Source: Vicugna vicugna | Taxonomy: Eukaryota | DNA: 64,000 bases | Assembly: GCA_013265495.1 (NCBI GenBank) | Contig: MU058781.1 | Span: 11,079,009 to 11,143,008, forward strand | Direction: 5' to 3' | Translations under genes and position numbers: made by a program | The notes under the pieces: model-generated | What the model was told of the DNA's origin: nothing | The model's database searches: none | What the model saw: only the letters and a program-made list of their open reading frames with translations | Part shown: in pieces, positions 53,302-64,000 of the stretch | Numbering within the stretch: position 1 is the first letter of the stretch | How the letters are laid out: the number at the start of each line of letters is the position of its first letter

Positions 53302-56300
53302 CTATTATTTGAGACAAATGCACAGTGAAAAATCAAAATCCAATTGTGACATCGTGTGGCTGAATGTTGAAATTACAATCAAATATCTAATGAAGATCTT
53401 TTTTCTTCTTGTTTTATTGTAGTCAGTTTACCGTGTTGTGTCAATTGCTGGTGTACAGCAGAATGTTTCAGTAAATCCCATATGATTTCATTTACAGGAA
53501 GATTATTTTTAATAGGTATTCTGATTCCCCTTGTATTGACAAGATTTTTTGTAGCCCCCGAATCTTCTATATTTTCACTGGGAAAAGTTTCAGTGGCCAG
53601 AACTGAAAGGCTGACCGAGCAGAGCAGGGCTATGTCCCAGACTGCTTCTCACCCTTTGGCTACGGATTTAGTAACACAATCCTGTACGAGTATTTAGATG
53701 GGAAGGATTTCACATCTCTTATCTCTGTTCTTTTCTCCTATCCATGAAACAGCAATGATGCAAGGTACTTGAAAATACTACTTTTAGAAGTTTTCCTTTC
53801 CCAAGAGAACACTATACACTGAAAGCAATCTATTGAAATAAATTGTCTCCATTCAGAGTGATATAAAAAATATTTTTACTGCAACAGAATCACAGAGCTG
53901 ATGCCACATCTCACACAAATCGACCTTTTATTTTGCATGTTTCTGCAGGATTTTCACATCCTGTATCTTTAAATCCTTAACTAGAAAATGTGACCCAAAT
54001 CTCAAGACTTTAGGTTAAGCTGCTTCAACTTGCTCTCCTCTAGAAAGCACTAAGAGCTGCTTTTCCATATTTGAAGTAGTTATAATGTCTTCCCTCGGTC
54101 TTCTCTTCTCCAGGCCAAGCAATCAAAGAACCACAGAACCGTTCGTCATTCTGTCGGTCTACTTGCCTCAAGACAGGTCTGAGGCTTAAGTCATTCTCAC
54201 AGATGTTTCCTCTGCCCAATTTTTTTTAAATCGTCAGGGGTGGCGTTTCCTTCCGCCCCTGATAATCTAGTACATATATTTGATTACCCTTCTGGTCTAG
54301 ACAATATGTTCTTCTCTTTTGTCTGAAAAGTCCTTCTATTTCTCTAATGAAAGCTTATTTCCCAGAGCACAACTATTTAACACATTTCACGTAAGAACAC
54401 TTCCTATTGTTAGTTACAAAATCGCTCTTAAGTGTAAAATATATTTTTACATTCACTGAGGATTAATTATATGTAAGGAACAATATGAGCCAGTGTGACC
54501 ACCCAAGATACGAGATGTAGACTGTTCTTTCAAGTTGGTTAAGGACCGATGAGTAGACAAATACATACACACCACCTATAATGTGCCCTGAGGTAACAGG
54601 TAAGGGCTGTAGCAGAGCCCTGTGGAAGCTCAGAAGATACAGCCAAGTGAAAAAGGAAGGAAGGAAGAGAGGGAGGAAATTGAACCCTTTCTGTTTCCCC
54701 TAGAGAAACCATTTTCACTTTTAATTACTTTTTTTTTTATAACTTGGATGTTGGCTTCACTGTTCTTTTTTAAAAACCAGGAACAACAGAGTTACCCTCC
54801 CTCAAAGCTGATTAGACATGTTAGATGAATTCACATGTGAATAACGCAGTAATTTAATCCCTGCAGCAATAATTTAATCCCAATCCATATATACAGGAAT
54901 CACTAACCATCACCAAAATGACGACTTCAGCATTGGCAGCTATTTTGGGTTATCTCTACAAAGAATCCTCCCCAAGGACATGTTGAACAATTACGTCCTG
55001 ACTCCGTCGCTCTTACAACTGAAAACACGGATCCAAGATGAAATTGCAGCCAAAAACTCAGCAATGTCAGAAGACAGAATACAGCAAATGAAACAGAAAG
55101 TGTGGTGATGCTCTCACATATTTGGCCCGGAGTGAATGCAGAGCATTTTGGTCACATACTCAAAAAAGCAATCCTTGAGCTAAGAAAAGTACAGGGACGG
55201 ACACTTCACTTGCCAAGGAAAATCGCTTACATTTATTCTGTCCTAAGAGAAGAAAAGTAAAAGGGAGTAATCCAAGTCTATAAAATTGGAGTTAGCAAGG
55301 ATAGGGTAAGCTGATATTCGTCTCTCCATCAGATTCTGGAACATGGAGCTCAAGGAAATAGTAAACATTAAATTGATGTAGAGAACATTAATTACATGAT
55401 TAAAAAAAGAAATTCCACTTTATTGACATGTGGAGCTCATAACTCTGAGAATGTGCAAAGGCAGAATAAATTAATTTCAAATGAGGCTGTGCAACTTATC
55501 GAATGTTACCTCCAAAGTGGTTTAAAAATGAAAATTAGGTGTTTGACATTCACTTCTACCTTCTGAATTACCTTAGAAGACAACAATCATGCTCATCCAT
55601 AAAACGTCCCTTGAGTCAACCTTTGGAGCCAGATGCTGGACTCAGTAGACTATAGTTATGACCTGTCCATCACTTTTTTGGACCACATTTTTGCATCCAA
55701 GTGTTGCACTTGCTTTCAAACAGACGGCAAAGAAAAACCTTCAGCTATTAAAGAAATATATTAATGCTCACATTCAATGAAATGTTTAACTGTATGCAGG
55801 TGGATAAGGAGTGACAGCTGTACTTCATTTGGGGCTAAAATCAGTGAACCAATGTGAATGTTCGAAAGGATGATGTTGGTTCATGAAGAATGTTCACAGA
55901 TTTGTGAATGCTCAATGTGAAAGTTCAAAAGCAGGCCTTAAAATCAGAAAATTAAAATTAACACCAAAGAATTGCTAACCAGGCCAATATACAACAGTAA
56001 AGGATCTGAACAACACAATGTGTTCCCCTTCGGTTGGGGCCATAGTGAAAAGTAATTAAAGAAACACTGTGGAAGAAGGCAAAGATGAAACATTAAAAGT
56101 TTTAAAAGCCTGCTGCAAAGATAGATTCTACCAGAAATTTGCAAAAATATTAAGTTTTTTATCAAAGGCAGTATGTTGCAAACACTTCAAAACCTTACCA
56201 CTTCCCCTTTATTATGCCGGCTCATTTAAGCTTGCACAGTAAATTTAGCTCACAGTGGCAGTCATATGCAGAAGGTTGTCTAGTTATTGATATAAATAGC

Positions 56301-56639
56301 TCACACATCCTAACCACAACCCGCTAAGGGTAGGTGCCACCTAGGGTAGGGGCTTTAGCCTCTAAAGCAACAGAGAATTAGTTTTAGCATCCCTCAGGAT
56401 TTTCCTAAAATCAGAAATTTAACCTTACTTTATCCCAATGTCGACAAGTAAGTGACCCTTTTTTGCCATACACCACCCTTCTGTGAAATTCTGGTGTGCC
56501 AACAATTGTCTTCCAACATTCAAGATTTCTTCTAACCCCCTTATAATAAGCTTTAGCATAATTTTCAACTGCTCATGAAATTATTTCTTGTTTGAGTCTT
56601 AACAATTTTGCTTCCTCTAAAATTAACTGAAGTCACTGC

Positions 56640-58005
56640 CTCCATCCCTCACCCACACTCTTACTTGACCTTCTAATCCAACTTCTGTAGCAGCACCCCA
56701 TAAAGACTGCTCTTGTCAAAATTATCAGTGATCATAATGGTCATTGTTATGTTCTCATTTTATTGGATCTCTTAGCAGCTTTCAATACAGGTAATCTCTC
56801 TCTCTCTCCCTCTATCTATTTCTCTCCCTCTATTTCTCCATCTCACTCTTCTGACAGCGGCAGCATCAACAGCGGCTTCTTTACAGTATTCTTGGCCAAT
56901 CCATCCTCCTCTGCTCAACTTCTAAGTGTTGGACTACCCCAGAGCTACATCATGGGTCTGCTCCTCTATTTATACCTTCTTCTTGGACAACCTCATCACA
57001 ATCATGGTTTCAATACCATCAATATGCCAATGATTCTCTGATCTGTATCAGCATCTTCATATATCCCCAAACTTATATGTCCAATTGCCTAACTTGACGA
57101 CTCGCCTTGGACATCTAATAGGCATCTCAACCTTAACATGCTCAAAAGAGAACTCTGGGTCCCCACCCTTCAGTGCTCACCCTTTTTCTATATTCCTCAT
57201 CCTATGAAATGGCACCACCACTCAATCTCCAAATCTGGGAATTATCTTTATTTCCATCTTGCTGTCAGTCCCTATGTCCATTCCATTGCTGCCCTGTAAA
57301 TTCAATCTCTTTTTAAATATATCCCAAATATGTGAATATTATTTCCAACTTCACTATCAACTTGGTTTAAATCAGCACTATCTGTTCGGTGGGCTGTTAC
57401 AATAACTTACAGATCAGTGTCCCTCATCTTCTCCTCTTGCTGTCCTCTGAATCATCCTCTACACAATAGCCAGGCAATGTTAACAGGTTACAAAAAACTA
57501 CTTGGAAACTCTCTAACACTTCCCAACATACATAGAATGCAAGTTCCTTACCATGGCTTACAGAGATGTGATCTGTTCCTTAACAGCCTCTTGGACCACA
57601 TTTCTACCTTCCCTTTGCTCATTAAACTCCAAGTACATTTTTTTCCTTCAACAGAAAACTCATTCCTACCTTACGGCTTTCTCCTTCTTACACCTTCTGC
57701 CTGGAATGTTCTTTTCCCTCTTTTCCCATGATTAGCTGCTCCTTCTCTTTTAGATCTCAGGAAGCCCCCCTCATTCCAATTCAAGTGCCGTCTAGTCATT
57801 CACATCACTCTGGTTCAAGTCTCTCACTAGCATTTATGACCAGCTGATGTTTCTCTTGTTTATTTGGCTTTTTCAGTCTCCACCAAAGTGTAGGCTCCAA
57901 GAGAGCAGATACCACACCCATATCATTCATATACCTAGCTTTATACCTAGCACGTAACAGAGCTCAGCACGTAGGTGTTGAAAAGGTATTTGTTGAAAGA
58001 ATGAA
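56640..58005 (+). mobile_element. L2 3' portion
   Basis: L2 motifs actgctcttgtcaa, gacatctaataggcatctcaaccttaacatg and tgcctggaatgttctt; terminal ttgttgaaagaatgaa. Confidence 0.75.
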
Positions 58006-58224
58006 GAGCAGGCACTCAAAAATATTTGCTGCACTGAGACAGAATATTAGGAGAGTGCAATTGAAAAACCACTAGCCCAGTCTTTTAATTCTTTGTGTTG
58101 TTACAGGGTTTTTGCCCTAGTCTGGCCACACTGGCAGTATAGCATTTGGATGAGGAAGAGGGGGATAGAGAGGGATGAAGAAGACTGGAGTACAACCTAC
58201 ACAGGAATCAGCAATTATGCTAAG

Positions 58225-58723
58225 CGTGGTAGGTAAAAGAATAGCTCCCCCCACGATGTCTCCATCCTAATCCTTGGAAACTGAAGATGCTACATTGCTT
58301 GGCAGAGGTGAACTAAGGTTGCACATGGAATTAAGGTTGCTAATCAGCTGGCTTTGAGATGAGGAGATTATCCTGGATTATTCATGTGGACCCAATGCCA
58401 GTGAGAGAGAGGGGTAGGGGAATCAGTGGCAGAGTGATATGGTGTGAGAAAAACTTGACTGGCCATCACTGGCTTTGAAAAAGGAAAGGGGCCATAAACC
58501 AGGGAATGGCAGACAACCTCTAAAAACTGGGAAGAGAAAAGAATAGAAATTTCCTTCTTAGAGACTCTAGAAGGAACACAGCTTTGGCAGCATTTTGATT
58601 ATAGCCCAGTGAGGACCATTTTGGAATTCTGACCTCCAGAACTGTAAGATAATAAACTTGTGTGTTGTTTTAAGCCACCATGTTTGTGGTAATACGTTAC
58701 AGCAGCAGTAGGGAACTAATAAA
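58225..58723 (+). mobile_element. MaLR solo LTR (MLT1D-like)
   Basis: ggaattaaggttgctaatcagctg...gagattatcctggatta...ttctgacctccagaactgtaagataataaa...gttacagcagcagtagggaactaat. Confidence 0.8.
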
Positions 58724-60024
58724 TCGTGTGCCCAAAAAGTATGGTCTAGAAAGAATATTGGGGCAATGGCTCATGCAAACCTCCTTTCTGACTCCTGCAG
58801 ACACTTGGTAGACGAGGGCAGGCAGCTCAGATACCCCTGTTCCTCCTCTGTAGACACTGCTTTGAGGGTGGGCAGAAAACCTCCTGCAAGTCAGCTGCCT
58901 TCTGTTTCCCTTTTCTGTTATTAATTCTCTTTCTCACTCCCCTACAATGTACAAAACACACTCCCCCAGATACTCACATGCCTGCCAGAAAGAAGAAAAG
59001 GGATTTGATTTTTTAAGTCCTCCCCTATACTAAAACCTTTGTAATAAGAGCCATTTGCTAACAAACTAAAGAGTGAGGATAAATTTGATACACAATACCG
59101 CTCTCATTCAATTACTACACTAAGGATCAAATTCAATGCTTGGATGCACACTGCACCCAGATTCAGTGCTAATCCTTTTTCTTTGAATCATGAATAGACA
59201 CTTTAGTGTATATTACACGGCAAAGCAATAACAAACACTCTGGTGAAAATAAAAATGCTCCTCAATTATTTTTCACTTATCCCTTATAAATTTTATTGCC
59301 TAAAAAATGAAAGCAGAGCCGCTGAGGCAGGGCAGTCACATCATTACCATGCAGCCCATGATAAATATGAACCTGCTTCCCCTACAGAAACGGGAGACAA
59401 ATGCTGGTGCTTTTTCAGCCCTTCTGCAACCAGAACGGCCAAAATGAAAGCATCTTCCTAGTTTCAGTGCATCTGTATTTCAGCTTATTGATATTACAAT
59501 ACTTCAGTGTTAAACATGTTAAAATGTCTAATGTTAAGTAAGACAAGTTACCAAATAATTAATGAATAATTTGTTCATATAACTGCTAATAATCCATATG
59601 TAAGCCCAATCATTGTGTTTAAAGGATACTTTCTCACCAGAATTATTAAAAAGTATTTTTAAATAGTACTATAAAGCATATCTTAATGTGTTCAGTATTT
59701 GAAACTGATTGAAACTTACCAGGATAAATAAAAAGAAAAATAACAGAATAATGCCCAGTTTTAAATCCTTTGTGGAGATATTAGATCTCTATTAAGCAGA
59801 AGCTCTAGTAAACAAGAAAGTTTAATGTGACTAAACATCTTACTAAGGTTTACCACTGAGACTTTCTCATAAAAATGTTAAATTAAAAACAAAATATCAA
59901 TTTCAAAAAGCATCTCATTAAGCCCAGTAGATTATTGAGGGAAAAAAATGTGAGGAACCAGGACTTTATGGCTTTCAGTACATAAGATAATATTCTAAGA
60001 AGAAAAATATATAGAGGTCTGGAG

Positions 60025-60165
60025 AAGAGATGGTATAGCTCATTGGGAGAGCATGTGCTTAGCATGCACAAGGTCCTGGGTTCAATTCCTAGTACCTCCA
60101 TTAAAAAATAAAAACAGAACTAAATAAATAAAAACCAAATTACCTCCTCCTACCAAAATAATAAT

Positions 60166-60200
<35 letters not shown>

Positions 60201-60201
60201 T
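60025..60201 (+). mobile_element. tRNA-derived SINE (Vic-1-like) with an (AAT)n tail
   Basis: GGTATAGCTCATTGGGAGAGCATGTGCTTAGCATGCACAAGGTCCTGGGTTCAATTCCTAGTACCTCCA, then aattacctcc and (AAT)n. Confidence 0.8.
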
Positions 60202-61656
60202 ACATAGCTAGATAGATAGATCTGTTTACAAGGAAGAGCATGCTCTATTTTTCTGTGTTGCATCAGTTACTGGAGGCAGAATTCAAAGTAAAATTGGTAA
60301 GAGGGTGACATACAAATGATTTTCATTAGCTAATGTTCATGTAAACTATATTCATATGTGAAATATATTGAACTTGCAATAAAACTCTTCTCAGATACAG
60401 ATGGTTGTCATCCCAGCATCTTATTGAAATTTAAAGAAAGCACTTCCAGAAAGCTGACCAGGTATGAAGTTTGGAAAGGAGTAAGGGAGAGAGGAAGAGG
60501 GCATTCACCGTGATGACGCTTCCTGGTGAGAGGACATGGGCCAGCCCTCCTCTGACCCTTGTTAGAACTTGCACAGTATCTCCCTCACACTGCTCCTCTG
60601 AATTAGAGCAAATTATCATCAGGAAGAATGAAAAATGAATCGAATAACAGCTAATGTTCTGAGTGTGCCTAATTTAGTGCAGCCATGTAACCCAAATGTT
60701 TTCTGATCACTAATCTTCTCCATATGTTTCATTATGACCCATAAACTCAAATGGAAACTCTTTACAGGGATGAGAATGTCACAAGTGATCTTTTTCCTTG
60801 GCAATTCAGAATATTACATGAAAATAACTGTATGCACTTAGATAGGCTGAGTTTTCTTAACTGCAGTTTGAAATGGATCTGGCTTCTTTTTATTCCCTGA
60901 CTCCCACTCCAGGTATTAAATATCATCTGTTATGCAACTGATGTTTAAATTTGACTATTAACTTTTTGCATAGACTTGATCTTAACCATCATGGTTATTT
61001 AGCCTTGGCTTTAAATGGGTGTAACAAAATTTTCTAAGTGTAGACAGAAAGTAAAAGTAGGATTATTATCACTGATTTCCCCAGATCAAAGGTAATTTTG
61101 TTCTTATCCCTTCATTTCTTTTTGATTCTTTTTAGATACAGATGTTTTAGATTTTCATCAAAATCAGAAATATTCAAAGTACAAAGAAAAAAGCACATAA
61201 ATACATAACATGTAAAGTTCGACAAATTTATTTTATAATCTACATAAGTTTTTATACACTTTATAAAATCTATAACAGATACATGGACCTGAGAAAAATT
61301 AAGTACCCCTGAGGAGGTTTACCTAAGCCAACAAGTATATATAGCTTTATTTTTTTCATTTCTAATTTTGTAACCTAAAATTATACTGCAAATTAATTTT
61401 AATTTATCAGAATAACTGACTTGTTCCTCTTTGGGCCCAGTGACTTGATGTTACTTAATAAATGGCCTAAAATTTACGATTCCTGTACTTAATTCTGGTT
61501 GGTCCAATTACCTCCAAATGACCTTGTGTTCTTTAGTCTATAAAAGAGCTAGCCATATTTAATTACTTCTCTACCCTAGAAAACGTATCATGGTAACAAA
61601 TGTTGTAGTCACATACAACAAAAATCCATAGTTCTCTTAAACTCCTCAATTTTTTG

Positions 61657-62530
61657 GTCATTCATTCACTGATTGTGTCAGTATTTCCCGAGCCTCCTCA
61701 TACTCAGGTGTGTGTTGGATACCAGTCAAAGAAGAGCTAAGCAAGACTCTGGCCTCAAGGTGCTTATTGTCTACTAGGAAATTCAACTAGAAAAGTCAGT
61801 AGAACAGAGTAAGTGTAACAAGTGCTACACAGGCTGTCAAGAGTGCACAGAGGTAGGAGAGGGTGATGGGTGGGGAGTAATCAGTCAAAGGCTTGCAAAA
61901 GACAGAAGCTGCAAGTCAAGAGACAGGTAGCAGGGGAAGAGCATTCTAGACAGCAAGATCTGTATCTGCAAAGACTTACAGGCACAGGAATGCATGGCGT
62001 ATTCCGAGAACTGCAGCTACATGAGCAGGGATGCAGCAAGGTTACAGGGCTGAGAAGTGGCAGATGAGGAGGAAAATTATTCAGAAAATCTTGTCTCATA
62101 GAACCAAGAACTTGAACTTGATTCTGAAGATGATGAAGAGCAACTGGAGGACGTGAAGCAGGGAGCATAAAGCTGGGGGAGCACCCTGGAAAGAGAGCTG
62201 CCTAGACGGGAGGAAGTGCGGACTCATGACAGGAACTCACAAACATTGAAAAGGAATAAGGAAAGAATAAGAAAAAATAAGAGGGTGAGAAGTCAAGGAA
62301 GCCATGGGAAAGTGAACATCAACTGCAAAGGAGTAATCAGTATTAAAAGTTTTATTGTCCTCCAGCTCTGGCACCCCAATGATTTGGTCAACTAGGTGAG
62401 AGTAATTTTAGCAGGGCATGAAAATTTTAGCAGGGGTGCGGTGTAAAGGGTGGTGCCCATCACAGAAGGCAGGCAGTATGGACCACTATTTCAAGATGAT
62501 TGGCTGTGAAGTGGAGAGGAGAGACTATAG
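61657..62530 (-). mobile_element. Degenerate L2 fragment
   Basis: Starts tcattcattcact; motifs gcctcaaggtgcttattgtctact and ttggctgtgaagtggagaggagaga. Confidence 0.55.
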
Positions 62531-64000
62531 CCTGTAAAACCTTACTCGGAGGCCTGATGCCATGGAGGTAGTAAGAGTTGAAACGGGGTTAAATCCCACT
62601 TCTCTGACTCCTGCCTCCCAGTGATTTTGTCACAGATGTCAACACTATAAAGCTGTTGCTAAACCTACGTCTCTGGTGCATAAGCATGTCTAATGAAATC
62701 CAAGCATTCCTGCAGAAACTCAATCCCCGTTCACTCATGGCCAAGTTAAACCAAGACATCATCTTCATCTTGATAGTATAAATGTAACTGGAACTGTATT
62801 TCATGGAAATACCATCCTTATGATACAGACATTTATTGGAGTTTGAACTTGAGCCAAAAATCCTAAATAAATTACAACATGGTAATCTGGTTACAGGGAG
62901 TAGGGGGTTGGGGGCAATGGGGTAAGAAGGAGAAAAGACTACGGGGCAGCACCCATCCCAGCAAACAAGGCGCCCTCAACTCACGCACCTGAGTTTAAGC
63001 ATTCTCTCACTATGGTCATTCAAAATCATTTCAGACAAAGACATAAAGGACTCCTCAGCTTCAGAAGATTACTAACGATTCATGCAAAGAATCTAAAAAC
63101 CAAAGGCTTTATAAAAGAGAATCCAGGATTGTAAATTTTCAAAACCTATCTGCAGCTGATAAACTCAAGATGGAAGAACTGAGATCCTTCTCTAAAAGTT
63201 GTTTCCAAATTATATACACAGCATATGCTTCAGGGATCAAACATCTAGCTCAAATACAAAAATAAAAAGAAACTGAATGTGGATTTTCAAAAATTGATTA
63301 TGAATCCCAATTATTACTAAATTACAGCTTTGATAATCTAAGGCTCTAACTTTCATTTGCAACTTCCTATCAGTAATATGCTTTAAAATAATACGTTTAA
63401 CAATGTCAGTCCTACTAGAAAGGTAAAGCCAAGCATCACTGCTTTCAAAGTGAATCTAATTCTGAGACGAGTGCTGGTGATTCCGTGAACCGCAGTCCTC
63501 ACTCACAGTAAAGCGACAGGTAACGCAAACGTTCAAATGAGTCCGAATCAGTCATCCTGAACAAAGGGACTGGATGATTTTTCATCTAATCTAATTGGCA
63601 CAGGTAATTGTCCTAAACTGTTCTTTAAATATGAGTGAGGGTGTTTCCAATTAACTCAACATTTTATAGATTTGTATGCTTCTATTTGCTTTAGACAATC
63701 AAAGTGAGATCTCTTAAGTGCTTAACATTCAGCTGTTTTTATCTGCTCTGTAGTAATTTTTTGAAGAGGATCATAAATTTTTATCAGAGCTGATGCCTTG
63801 TTATAGATAAAATTTAGCTTTGATTGGTAGTTAATCTTCCATCCTAACATAACATGGGAAATTAAAATATTCAGCATATCTTTGACTACAAATAAAGTCT
63901 ACAATTCAAGGAAGTGCTGTCAATAAATGGTAGATAAAAACAAACTTTTGCATATTTTCCTCTTAGATACCTACCATGTTCCAAATTTTATTTAAAATAG

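Noticed and set aside
56331..56343. Inverted repeat TAGGTG-C-CACCTA
   Set aside because: 6-bp arms are expected by chance in 64 kb.
61585..61597. X-box-like GTATCATGGTAAC
   Set aside because: Only one good half-site and non-standard spacing.
1..64000. REST/RE1 site, CRISPR array, rRNA or prokaryote-type system
   Set aside because: I found only partial RE1 half-sites by eye. There are no repeat-spacer arrays or operon-like ORFs; the sequence is ordinary mammalian euchromatin.

Overview
Mammalian genomic DNA, probably camelid (inferred from three tRNA-derived SINEs resembling the camelid Vic-1 type; not verified). The window holds both coding exons of NRSN1 (neurensin-1; + strand, 614-802 and 10018-10416, 195 aa). 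It also holds the last three coding exons plus 3'UTR of DCDC2 on the - strand (53201-53301, 36853-37158, 35985-36092), in the convergent NRSN1/DCDC2 arrangement known from human 6p22. The rest is intron or intergenic DNA rich in L1, L2, MIR, MaLR/ERV LTRs, SINEs and microsatellites; almost all short ORFs in the track are spurious. I found no convincing wholly new biological system. The best leads are: (1) an L1 derivative with 5'UTR and ORF1 joined at an AG directly to the ORF2 tail and ending at an internal AATAAA tract, possibly a retrotransposed spliced RNA or a non-autonomous family; (2) an apparent 1-nt frameshift changing the DCDC2 C-terminus; (3) a perfect 20-bp palindrome containing an RFX X-box in a DCDC2 intron; (4) a triple AATAAA proximal poly(A) cluster. 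Comparisons with human orthologues and repeat consensus sequences are from memory, and repeat boundaries without TSDs are approximate.
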